NCBI RefSeq assembly: GCF_006345805.1
Contig: NC_043016.1
Span: 11,656,001-11,720,000, forward strand
DNA length: 64,000 bases
Source: Octopus sinensis
Taxonomy: Eukaryota
Direction of reading: 5' to 3'
In this document: in pieces, positions 53,126 to 64,000 of the stretch
Layout of the letters: every line of letters begins with the position of its first letter
Numbering within the stretch: the stretch's first letter is position 1
Notes under the pieces: generated by a model
Databases searched by the model: none
Told to the model about the DNA's origin: nothing
Seen by the model: the letters and a program-made list of their open reading frames with translations, nothing else
Translations under genes and position numbers: made by a program

Positions 53126-53601
53126 GGAGTAAACATTATTTGCCAACATAACATGCCAGTCCTGGCTTAGAGTAAATGTTGCTGTAATTTAGCCCCAGGA
53201 GACAGCGTCTCCAGCTGGCTATACGACACGATCTGTGTCCTTATATTTTTGATCAAGGGAATGTAGCACCACCACTCAGCTCAAAACAATATCTGTGTAT
53301 CGCGATTTCCAGATTATTTTCCTTCATCAGCACAGAATAATTGCTTGGCTAGAGGTAGCGCTGCCAAATTACCATTCGAAATATATAGTATTCAAAGTGA
53401 CAACTAGTCACTGATTTATAACTTAGGAAAATTATTATTCGAAATATTCAAAAATATAAAGACCCACATCGTGTCGTTATAGCCAGCTGGAGACGATGTC
53501 TGGTGGGGCTTCATCGTAAACCAGGACTGCCCTGTTATGTTGGCAAGTAATCTTTACTCCAAAGTACTGTTGCTGAATATCTCTCGTTGTGAGATTTACA
53601 A
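53126..53601 (-). mobile_element. Foldback element with hammerhead motif and 14-bp flanking direct repeat
   Basis: Imperfect arms 53126-53252 and 53448-53560. atcagataaaatgg occurs at 53114-53127 and 53602-53615. Confidence 0.75.
53292..53336 (-). ncRNA. Minimal type I hammerhead ribozyme (predicted)
   Basis: tctgtg-CTGATGA-a-gga-aaataa-tct-g-GAAA-tcgcga-T-A-cacaga: 6-bp stem I, intact core, palindromic stem III. Confidence 0.75.
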
Positions 53602-53635
53602 ATCAGATAAAATGGTTTGCATCATTTGGTTCCAA

Positions 53636-54132
53636 TATGGTGGTGAGCTGACAGAATTGTTAGCATGCCGGACAAAATGCTTCATGACATTTCTTTTGGC
53701 ATTAGGTTTTTGAGTTCAAATTCTGCTCTGGTCAAATACCAGGGATCAATGTAATCAATCAACTACTTCCTCCCCCCCAAATTTCAGGCTTTGTGCCTAA
53801 AGTAGAAAGGTTTATTTAGCTCCAGCTCTTTGTATTCTGAGTTCAAATCCAACTAAAGTCAACTTGGCTTTTACATCCCTCTTGGGGTACAGGGTGATAA
53901 ATAAACTCCCCACTAGATTTATTATTTCTTTATTGCCCATGAGGGGCTAAACATAGAGAGGATAAACAAAGATAGACAAAGCGATTAAGTCGATTACATC
54001 AACCCCAGTGCATAAATGGTACTTAATTTATTGGCCCCGAAAGGATGAAATGCAAAGCTGACCATGGCGGAGTTTGAACTCAGCACGTAACAGCAGACAA
54101 GATTCCGCTAAGTAGTTCACCCGACATGCTAA

Positions 54133-54135
<3 letters not shown>
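53636..54135. mobile_element. Two SINE family B copies in opposite orientation (about 53636-53812 +, 53925-54135 -)
   Basis: Family B motifs on both strands. Confidence 0.72.
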
Positions 54136-54184
<49 letters not shown>

Positions 54185-54724
54185 CCTCCCACCCTCTCTG
54201 CCCCCTCCCTTTTTTATGTGGCCAAGGCACACTGACCAGTCCAAGATGTGGACAGGGTAGGGGAACTAGATTTCTGGCCTTGAACCTATGATGTGGTATT
54301 CCACCCCTGACAAAATATTTGAAGCCATATTGTTCTGGATTCAAATGTTTACAGCTTCGGCTTAGCTTATAATTCCTCTTAAGTCTGTGATATTATTAGG
54401 GATTGATGCAATTTTCTTATTATCTTTTACTTGTTGCAGTCATTTGGCTGCCACCATACTGGAGCATTGTCTTGAAGGGATTTTGTGAAACAAATCAACT
54501 TCTTCTTTTTTTTTTTTTTAGTCTAGTACTTACTCTATCAGTCTCTTTTGCCAGACCATTTAAGTTACAGGGACATAAACATACACACATGGCAGGCTTC
54601 TTTCATTTTCCGTCTACCAAATCCACTGAAGGCTTTGGTTACAGTAGAAAACATATGCCCAAGGTGCCACACAGTGGAATTGAACCATGTGATTGAGAAG
54701 CTAGCTTCTTACCACTCAGACACA

Positions 54725-54772
<48 letters not shown>

Positions 54773-54977
54773 TTAAATTGAATTGATTTTACTGTTATCA
54801 GTTTGAAAATATAGCCACAAAACACGTGTAGCCGTTTTACAAATTATATACTATTTATTTATTATTTTGTATTTTAATTATTAGTATATGTTTTATCATA
54901 TATTTAATTTTTTTCTATATAGTATAATTTAATTATATCATTATTGAATTGCTACATGGTGGTTCTTCTCTAATTTA

Positions 54978-55038
<61 letters not shown>

Positions 55039-55219
55039 ATGTATGAGACAGGCGTCTTTCAGTTTTCATCTCAGAAGACTTTAGTAGGTCCAAGGCTATA
55101 GTGGAAGACACTTGTCTAAGGTGCTGTGCAATGGGACCTAAAGATAATAGTAAATGAACTTGTACCTTAATTTTGATAATTTTTATATATATTTTTCTGT
55201 CTCCTTTTTTTTTTAACAG

Positions 55220-55463
55220 GTGGGAATCGCGTTCCTGCTGAATCTGCATCTCTCCGTGGTGCTGGAGCTACTACCGCAGCTAGGGGTAAGATTCGGATGC
55301 CCAAAGGGCAAACCGTTATATCTCGCCAAGCTGTTCAGTGTCAAGTTTGTGCCAAAACCCTCAACAACCCCAGTGCCTTGGCAAAACACAAGCTCACCCA
55401 CAGTGATGAAAGGAAATATGTCTGCCATATATGTTCAAAAGCTTTTAAAAGACAAGATCATTT
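55220..55463 (+). CDS. ZNF541: Coding exon, ZNF541-like: C2H2 finger 1 and first half of finger 2
   Basis: Acceptor tttttaacag|, donor tt|gtaagt. The phase-1 frame reads GGNRVPAES...CQVCAKTLNNPSALAKHKLTHSDERKYVCHICSKAFKRQDHL. This matches my recollection of the ZNF541 N-terminal fingers (THSQERKHVCKICSKAFKRQDHL). The ORF track shows the wrong frame here. Confidence 0.9.
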
Positions 55464-55920
55464 GTAAGTATTTTCCATCCCCAGCTAATTATTTTTTATT
55501 GTGGTTGTTTGTTTCTTTTAGGGGTTTGGTTGTTTTTGTTTTGTTTTTTTCTTAATATTTAAATTAGTATAAGACTCACATCATCATCATCATTATCATC
55601 ATTATTTAACATTCCTTTTTTCCATATCGAGGGACATAGATAGGATATAAGAACGGAGCGGTAGTAAGTGTGTGGAAAAGGTGTAACGGATGATTAGAGA
55701 TGGGGATTGAGGCAGAGGTAGTGAAGAAAATAGGAGTGAGTCAGGGAGGAGAAGGTGGTAGTGGTAAGGGACAGTAATAGGGATACCAGTGTCATGCATT
55801 GGCAATAAAGGTTGTCATTAATGGTCCTTGAATGAGAGTAGTAACACAGTCGGGGATGGCTGTTGTGGGGTAAGGCTTACAGGGTCTTGTTTTTGCACAG
55901 GCAGATGGGGTTTTTTTTCA

Positions 55921-56314
55921 TACTCTTTAATCTTTTACTTGTTTCAGTCATTTGACTGCGGCCATGCTGGAGCACCGCCTTTAATCGAGCAACTCGACCC
56001 CGGGACTTATTCTTTTGTAAGCCCAGTACTTATTCTATCGGTCCCTTTTGCCGAACCGCTAAGTAACGGGGACATAAACACACCAGCATCGGTTGTCAAG
56101 CAATGCTAGGGGGACAAACACACACGCACATACATATATATATATATATACCACGGGCTTCTTTCAGTTTCCGTCTACCAAATCCACTCACAAGGCATTG
56201 GTCGGCCCGGGGCTATAGCAGAAGACACTTACCCAAGGTGCCACGCAGTGGGACTGAACCCAGAACCATGTGGTTGGTAGACAAGCTACTTACCACACAG
56301 TCACTCCTGTGCCT
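55921..56314 (-). mobile_element. SINE family A, full length
   Basis: Reverse complement of family A. Confidence 0.85.
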
Positions 56315-59300
56315 ATAACTTTTATTGTATAACTTTTATTAATGCATGTATCGTTGATGTAGAAAAACACATGGCATCAGGTAGCCACCATAAATTCTGG
56401 TTCTTCTTGCTCTCCATGTTGCTACATGTACATGTGTTTGTATTGTATTCTAATAGAGCCATATATGCAACAGTGCAGTGACTATGGAACACGGTAACAG
56501 CTGCTTATTTTTTAACAGTTTGGGGGAAGTGAAAGAGTGGGCCTGGGAGGAAATAAGGTGGCCAAGGCAAGGACTGGACAAATTGCCAGCACAAGCATAA
56601 CGCTTGGACTCTCTCCCTCTCTCTCTCACTTAAATGGACAGCAGTGGCCATGAGGCTTTGATATGCAACAGCACTTGGTAATAAGTAGACACTTTTAACA
56701 AATTGGCAAAAACCAGGCAAAACCTGTTCAGTTTACAAAAAGAGTTTGTGGTTTAACTGTTGAGCCTATTTATTAACTAAGGCTAAATTTGCATGCATTA
56801 AAAAGTACGCTTGCACACTTAATTTCCACTTTAACCACACACATTCACTATTTCAGTTGAGTTACAGTTTTTTTTTTTTACCTTTTGAAGAGTTAGCTAA
56901 AGGGAAGTAATAAAGTATACTTTCTATTTTTTAGTGTTGCACATTTTACATACATGTGAATATTTTGTTCTTTGGTTAAGTTTTACCTTTTCACTTTCTC
57001 ACAGATGTGTATTTATTTTGATTAGATTTTAATCTAACCGAAATATGCAAGAGTTCTCAATATGCAAAATTGTTTTTTAAATATAATTTGATTATGTTTA
57101 AAAATGCATTTTTCTTTCCTTCTGTGTCGTTGCTGATTTCTGCATTCAGTTTCCTTATTTAAAAAAGATAGATGCAAAATACTAAATATATGAATCCTAT
57201 ATATAAGGATTGCATTGAAATGAATTCATATTAAAATCCATAGATAAAATTTTTTTTCAACAATTGATATTTCAAATTTCTTTTTTATATATATAGGTCA
57301 GCATAACCTATAATTTCTACTACATACAATCCTATTAATATATGGGGGAGCTATTTCATCTAAGACTGTTTTGAAACAAGAATTATTACAGTATGGAAGA
57401 AACATGTTGGCCATTCAAAAACTATTAACTGTACTTAAATATTTATTTTTATCTTTGAAGTGACAAAAATTTTGACACTGTTTTGCAAGCAATAATTTGA
57501 TTAAGTGAAGTTAACCATCTTTGTGTGTTTATGAATGGCTGATATATGCCTTCCACACTAACCATATCAATATGTTTAACTCTACAACTTAATTTCTGCA
57601 TCAGGATGGCCAAAAAGATGCACAGTCAGCCAACAGCTTATGTATCAAGTAATCCAACTACAGCAGCTTATTTTCTTTTGGACAGAATTCTTGATTCTAC
57701 ATTACTTATTTGTAAAATGTTTGCCTCTTAATTTACAACAAAGTGCATATCATCATCAATCACAAATTGGGTACCTTCCATGTATCTGGGGTTGGTTTGC
57801 CACGCCTTGAATGGCCTCTTGCTCTTTACCTTCACATTTCCTGCCAGAATGATCTTGGGCAATGAATCTTAACTCGTTGTATTCTCAAAATGTGATTGCT
57901 TTGTTGATTTGGTTCTCTACAGTAAATATTTTCAGACTTTAAGCTTTTCTAGTACTGCAGCATTTGCTATTCTGCCTTCTTTTCCATTACTCTAATTGTC
58001 CAAATTTCTGCCCTATACCAGACAATTAGAACAAACACACGCAGACACATTTTAAAGAGAGAGAATAAAATTAAGTGCAGGGAGAAACAGATGAGAGGGA
58101 CAAGGAAATGACAAGGATACTGAAGTCCTGCAGCTTCAGCAACATTAACAAGGAAAGACTTTCACCTCCATGTATACGATATTTGACTTTGTCCTTTGTT
58201 GTAGGATAAGAGGCAAAATATTCCAACTGAGACTGTAGAATCAAGTTGTCTTGATTCTAATTTAGATATACATTCATCGTCATTATCATCATCATTTCAA
58301 CATCAGCTTTTCCATGCTTGCATGGGTCTGATGGAATTCGTTGTAGTGAATTTTTCATCTGGATATATTTCCTGTTGACAACCCTCATCTATTTTTAAGC
58401 AAAGTGATATTTCCCTGTGGCTAGACATGTTTTCTGAGAAAGATTGAAAATGAACCACCTCACTATTATGATTATTAAAACAAGGGGTGCACACAAATAT
58501 ACACACACACACTCATATATTTTGCTAGTGTCATGTAAATAGCATGTAAAATGCACCCATTACACTCTTGTAGTGGTTGGTATTAGGAAGGGAATTCAGC
58601 CATAAAAACTTTGCCAAATCAATCATCATCATCATCATTGTTCGACCGTGGTCGAGACAATGGAACTTACTATGTTACGCCAGACTTCACGGTCCATCAT
58701 GGCATTACGGAGGTCCTGTTGCTGGATGCCTGTATCCCTGAAGATTACATCAGGGTAGGAGAGTGTGCACCCTCTGGTATTCCAAACTGGAACCTGGTGC
58801 AGTTCTCCAGCTTACCAGTTCCAGTCAAACAGTCTAACCCATGCCAGCATGGAACATAGACATTAAATGATGATAATAATTATGTGCTTCTTCCAGTTTC
58901 TGCCTCCCAAATTTGCTTGCTCACAAGACTTTGGTTGGCCTGGGGCCGTAGTAAAAGACACTTGCCTAAAATATCATATGATGGGACTGAACTTGAGACA
59001 GCATGGTTGGAAAACAAGTTTCCTGCTGTATCATCAGATGCTTGTCACAGCTGATAACATGAGCTGTAAATCACAAGGAGCTGAGTAAAACTGTGATTAA
59101 AAAGAATATATATATAGGAAATGTTTTGAGTGCTGTGAATTTAAAAACTTGCTTTCCAACCATGGTTCAGTCCCACTGTGTGTCACTTTGAGCAAGTGTC
59201 TTCTATTATAACCCTAAGTCAACTAAAGAGTGCATTTTGATGATGGAAACTGAAAGAAGCCCATCATGTGAATGCTCTATGTATACCCTTATCTTCACAT

Positions 59301-60461
59301 CACATGATGGTTGTTAAGCATGCATCATCATTACTGAAGCAATGTATGTTCATTTCCAGTTTTTTTTTTAAACCACATCTGGTTATGGAGAAATATTGTC
59401 TTGTTTGGAAACAGGTGAAGATTGGCAACAGGAAGGGCATCTGGTCGTGGAAAATCTGCCTCAACAAAATTCCATCTAACTTATGCAAGCATGGAAAAGT
59501 GGACGCTAACTGATGTGTTCTTGGCAGTGACAAGCGCTTCGGTACGTGATCAGGGCATCAGAATAAAGGACTCGGAGATAGAAGTCTAAGTGTCAATAAG
59601 CATAATTCTAAACTGTGATTCCAACAAAATATATTAAACATATATTTTGATGTGATCTCATCTTCTTTGTCCACTTATTCCTGGGAGGGTTGTCAGGGCA
59701 AAGCCCTCAAGCACACCTTCCTTCAGGTTTAATCAGCAACATCTGTTTCCTATCAATCTGGCTGAATCTCCAAGTATGACCAACCAAGCTCATGGATGTT
59801 ATCCAACCATCTTGCTCATGATCTACCACTGGCTCTCCTGCTGGTTGATTTTGCCAGTAAAGCCTCTGCATTGCCATGTAAAAGCACCCAGCATACTCTG
59901 TAAAGTGGTTAGTGTTAGGGAGGGCATCCAGCCATAGAAACCAAGCTAAAGCAGACTGGGGTCTGGTGCAGCTCCCCAGCTTGCCAGCTCTAGTCAAACC
60001 ATCCAACCTGTGCCAGCATGAACAACTGATGTTAAATGATGATGATGTCTGTAATATTAGAACTGTGAACTTTCAATTCGGAGAATGAAATTTTGATGTG
60101 ACGCTCAGTAAAAACAGCATAGGGAGCAATGTCGCAAAGTGAGAAAATAAGAAATGGTGGCTCTAAACAAAGTGAGAAATAATTGTTCATATCCAATTAA
60201 TTATGAACCAATTAATCTCAATAATACAAAGAACTTGAGTTACTTTTTTATCTTTCACTTGTTACTTTTGTTAAACAAAGATATCAAGTTGAATATTGTA
60301 TAAGAGATGGGGGTTTTTTTTCTAATTCTTGGTTGTGACAAAAAAATTGCCATGCATTTAATGCAATCATATTACAGAATTAAGGATGAGATACTCAGCT
60401 TATGATGAAACATGTTATCTCTTTAGCACTGGGGTTGCTCTCTCAAATGTAATGCTTATTT

Positions 60462-60650
60462 AGGCCCCGTGCCGGTGGCACATAAAAAGCACCCACTACA
60501 CTCACGGAGTGGTTGGCGTTAGGAAGGGCATCCAGCTGTAGAAACACTGCCAGATCAGACTGGTGCCTGGTGCAGCCTTCTGGCTTCCCAGACCCCAGTT
60601 GAACCATCCAACCCATGCTAGCATGGAAAACGGACGTTAAACGATGATGA
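60462..60650 (+). mobile_element. RTE 3'-end fragment
   Basis: Starts at the gtgccggtggcac hairpin and ends ggacgttaaacgatgatg. Confidence 0.85.
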
Positions 60651-60664
60651 ATGTGTTTGGAAAT

Positions 60665-60874
60665 AACAATCCTTTCTACTGGCTTCGTACTTGTAGGGAG
60701 GGGACTGATCGATTACATTGAACCCAGTGTTTCATTGGTACTTAATTTATTGACCCCAAAAGGATGAAAAACAAAGTCAACCTCAGTGAATTTTGAACTC
60801 AAAACATAGCGGCAGACGAAATACTGCTAAGCATTTTGCCCGGCACTCTAGCAATTCTGCCAGCTCGCCACCTT
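60665..60874 (-). mobile_element. SINE family B
   Basis: Family B motifs. Confidence 0.78.
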
Positions 60875-61263
60875 AATGTGTTTGGAAATAATAATTCATA
60901 ATCTTCATGGCTTCAAGATTTTGATGGTGTGATTGTATATTTTTAGAATGCCATTGTAGGATAAGTGTGTGACATTGGCTGGTTTGAACATAAAACGGGC
61001 AAAATACTTGAGCTGGATCTGGCTGATTTAAATGCTGAAGGGTTCATTATTTTTTCTACAATAAAGCAGAGTTTGTCTTATGCAAGAATGCATCTTATAC
61101 ATTGGCAAATTCAGTAACAACAAATTAATCAAGAATGTTATTTCCAAGTACTAAATCCTTAAATCCTAAATGAGTTGGATCAAAAAATAAAAACATGTGG
61201 TGCCAAATAGCCAGTGCCGAAATGTCTGCACCAAATCATTTCATTCCATTATTGCTACCTTAA

Positions 61264-61988
61264 CCCTTTCGTTACCATATTTCTGTTGAGATGCTCTGTG
61301 TTTCTTCCAATTATTTTAAATATAACAAAGAATTTAGTAAAATAACTCAGTTATCATTAAGCTAGTGTTAGGAACATAAATTGTGACTAAGGTTTGGTGG
61401 AAGATTTTAATTCAAAACTTATGAAAACAAGACATTTGTACTACAGAGTCAGAACTGGTTTCAGCCAGGTTGGTAACGAAAGGGTTAAGAATTGTTTCTC
61501 TATTATATATTTTAACCCTTTTGTTACCATATTTCTGCTGAGATGCTCTGTGTTTCTTCCAATTATTTTAAATATAACAAAGAATTTAGTAAAATAACTC
61601 AGTTATCATTAAGCTAGTGTTAGGAACATAAATTGTGACTAAGGTTTGGTGGAAGATTTTAATTCAAAACTTATGAAAACAAAACATTTGTACTACAGAG
61701 TCAGAGCCAGTTTCAGCCAGGTTGGTAACGAAAGGGTTAAGAATTGTTTCTCTATTATATATTTTAACCCTTTTGATACCATATTTCTGTTGAGATGCTC
61801 TGTGTTTCTTCCAATTATTTTAAATATAACAAAGAATTTAGTAAAATAACTTAGTTATCATTAAGCTAGTGTTAGGAACATAAATTGTGACTGACGTTTG
61901 GTGGAAGATTTTAATTCAAAACTTATGGAAACAAGATATTTATACTAAAGAGCCAGAGCCGGTTTCAGCCGGATTGGTAACAAAAGGG
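61264..61988. mobile_element. Three tandem 221-bp piggyBac-like MITEs (61264-61484, 61516-61736, 61768-61988)
   Basis: Each unit is TTAA|ccctt..acca ... tggtaac.aaaggg|TTAA. Period 252 bp with an identical 23-nt spacer. Confidence 0.85.
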
Positions 61989-62077
61989 TTAACAAAGTAA
62001 ACTCATTATGCTTGATTGAATTAGTTACAAATATCAGCTTTAATTAATTAATTAGTTATTTATTTATTTACTTTCAG

Positions 62078-62477
62078 AAACGGACATTTGGTTACTCATC
62101 GTGCTAAAAAACCTTATGCATGTCATTTTGAAGGGTGTGATAAAAGTTACTGTGATAATCGGTCATTACGGCGCCATCTAGAAAACCATCACAACAAACA
62201 GAATCACGATGTTAACAACAGCAGCAGCAGTGCAGCAGCTGCGAATCCTGCAAGTGCTCCTGCAGTTGCCAGCGGAAATGCAGGTTCGGGTATTGCCAGC
62301 GCAAGTACGGCCTCAAGTTCAGTCTCGACCCAGAGCACAAGTAATGTCCCAGTATCTTCAATAGCCAATCAGTCTATGGATTTTCAAGGAAACAACAGAG
62401 GAAGTGATATTTTTAATGATAATACCAACAGCACAAGTCGTATCCATTACGCTCCCCACCATACAACCCATCAGTAA
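62078..62477 (+). CDS. ZNF541: Coding exon, ZNF541-like: end of finger 2, finger 3, S/A/N-rich linker (frame ends at TAA 62475-62477)
   Basis: Acceptor tatttactttcag|. Splicing tt|a restores QDHLNGHLVTHRAKKPYACHFEGCDKSYCDNRSLRRHLENHH, matching recalled ZNF541 KPFVCIEQGCSKSYCDYRSLRRH. Confidence 0.9.
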
Positions 62478-62876
62478 CTCCCGAGGACAGTCAACCATGT
62501 GTGAGCACACAACCACAGTATTTCCAGTTTGACACCACTGTCCAGCAAGTGCAGCAGTTGCAGCAACAGCAGCAACAGCAGCAGCAGCGTTTGCAGTCAC
62601 AACAGAAACAACAACAACAACAACAACAGCAGCAAAAGCAACAAGCAGCACCACAACAACAACAACAGCAGCAGCAGCAGCAATTGCAACAACAGCAACA
62701 GCAGCAGCAACAACTACAACAGCAACAACAACCACCACAAAAGCAACAACAGCAGCAGCAACAACAACAACCACAGACTCAACAGCAACAACAACAGCAG
62801 ACACAACAACAACAAGCATCATTCCAATCCTCAGACAATATACAGAACTGGCAACAGGACCATATATATAAAGTTG
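62423..62876 (+). CDS. Poly-Q coding segment, probably the same exon in the -1 frame
   Basis: Frame open from 62423 (YPLRSPPYNPSVTPEDSQPCVSTQPQYFQFDTTVQQ...). About 70 Gln use mixed CAA/CAG codons with in-frame L/K/P/T interruptions. Donor is uncertain (gt at 62873 or 62877). Confidence 0.7.
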
Positions 62877-63336
62877 GTATTCGGATTAATGGATCTTTTT
62901 TATTTTTTTAAACTTTTATTTATTTTAGTCATTGGGCTGAGGCCCTGCCGGGGACACAGCCTCGTCTTAGTCAACCAAATCAACCCTTATTTTTAAGTTT
63001 AGCACTTGTTGTCTCAGCCTTAGTTTTTGCTGACCCACAAATAATATTTTCTTCTTGAGAGTAGTTTGCATATCACAGCATATTTGCAAATACTAACCTT
63101 TAGATGCTCGTGTATGTTTTATTATAAATTCATAGTCGTTACAGGCACAGGAGAGGCTTTGTGGTAAAAAGCTTGCTTCACGACCATGTTGTTCTCGGTT
63201 CAGTCCCACTACATGGCACCTTGGGCAAGAGTCTTCTACTGTAGCCGCGGGCCGACCAAAGCCTTGTGGCCTTGTGAGTGGATTTGCTAGAGGAAAGCTG
63301 AAAGAAGCCCGTTGTATATATAAATATATATATATT

Positions 63337-63591
63337 CTGTGCCGGTGGCATGTAAAAAGCACCATCTGAACGTGGCCGTTTGCCAGCCTCGTCTGGCACC
63401 TGTGCCGGTGGCACGTAAAAAGCACCCACTATACTCACAGAGTGGTTGGCATTAGGAAGGGCATCCAGCTGTAGAAACTCTGCCAGATCAAAATTGGAGC
63501 CAGGTGCTTCCATCTGGTTCGCCAGTCTTCAGTCAAATCGTCCAACCCATGCCTGCATGGAAAGCGGACACTAAACGATGATGATGATGAT
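63337..63591 (+). mobile_element. RTE 3'-end fragment
   Basis: Two hairpin modules, body and (gat)n tail. Confidence 0.85.
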
Positions 63592-63851
63592 ATATATGAG
63601 AGTATTGTAGTTCGCTTGAAGCATTGTGTATTGTTTGTGAAGAATAAAAAGTTTTGAATGGTACAACAATGCACTATAATACAGACAATGGGATATATAC
63701 CTGTTGTAATTTCCAACTTCACACACTTCTCATGAGGAATTCTGGAAGGAGCATTGTGAGACCACTGCTGATACGCTTCCCCCCCCCCCAAAAAAAAAAT
63801 TGTAAAGAAAAGCCTTTGGAAAACTGATTATAGCAGTGACTCCATCTAAGA

Positions 63852-63888
63852 ATACCTGAAGAAGGAATATTATTCTGAAATATCATAT
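63852..63888 (+). ncRNA. Minimal hammerhead-like fold in a foldback loop (predicted)
   Basis: atac-CTGAAGA-agga-atatta-ttct-GAAA-ta-T-C-atat, with a stem I mismatch at the first pair. Inverted arms at 63690-63712 and 63905-63927. Confidence 0.45.
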
Positions 63889-63930
63889 CGGACTATGGAT
63901 GACTAAATTACAACAGGTATATAGCCCCTT

Positions 63931-63966
<36 letters not shown>

Positions 63967-64000
63967 GTGTGTGTGTGTGTGTGTGTGTGGAAGTGGCTCT

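Noticed and set aside
59010-59045. CTGATGA ... GAAA candidate on the minus strand
   Set aside because: No stem II or stem I; lies in a decayed SINE.
62400-62475. Programmed -1 frameshift explaining the frame break
   Set aside because: No X XXY YYZ slippery heptamer in the 62423-62474 overlap; slipping at the upstream T run hits TAA at 62420.
62358-62996. Antisense poly-V/A ORF and alternate-frame poly-N/S ORF
   Set aside because: By-products of the CAA/CAG repeat.

Overview
AT-rich, microsatellite- and retroposon-dense animal genomic DNA. The repeat families look like those I recall from Octopus (inference from memory, no database search). The only host gene I can support is on the + strand: a ZNF541-like C2H2 zinc-finger gene with exons at 2362-2580 (probable), 55220-55463 and from 62078. 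The last exon has three spliced fingers completed, then a reading-frame break, then a long poly-Q tract. About 52.6 kb of the window is one probable intron. It holds two degenerate RTE-clade LINEs (APE, RT and a PHD-type finger), many 5'-truncated RTE 3' ends, two tRNA-headed SINE families, a Tc1-like transposon, Helitron/Helentron-like and piggyBac-like non-autonomous elements. The most unusual signal is a set of 7-8 sequence-unrelated minimal type I hammerhead-ribozyme folds (stem I, core, stem II, GAAA, mostly palindromic stem III, UH). Five lie in the loop of short foldback elements, resembling non-autonomous Penelope-like pLTR derivatives. All folds were assigned by eye and none has been tested. 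Repeat boundaries are approximate.
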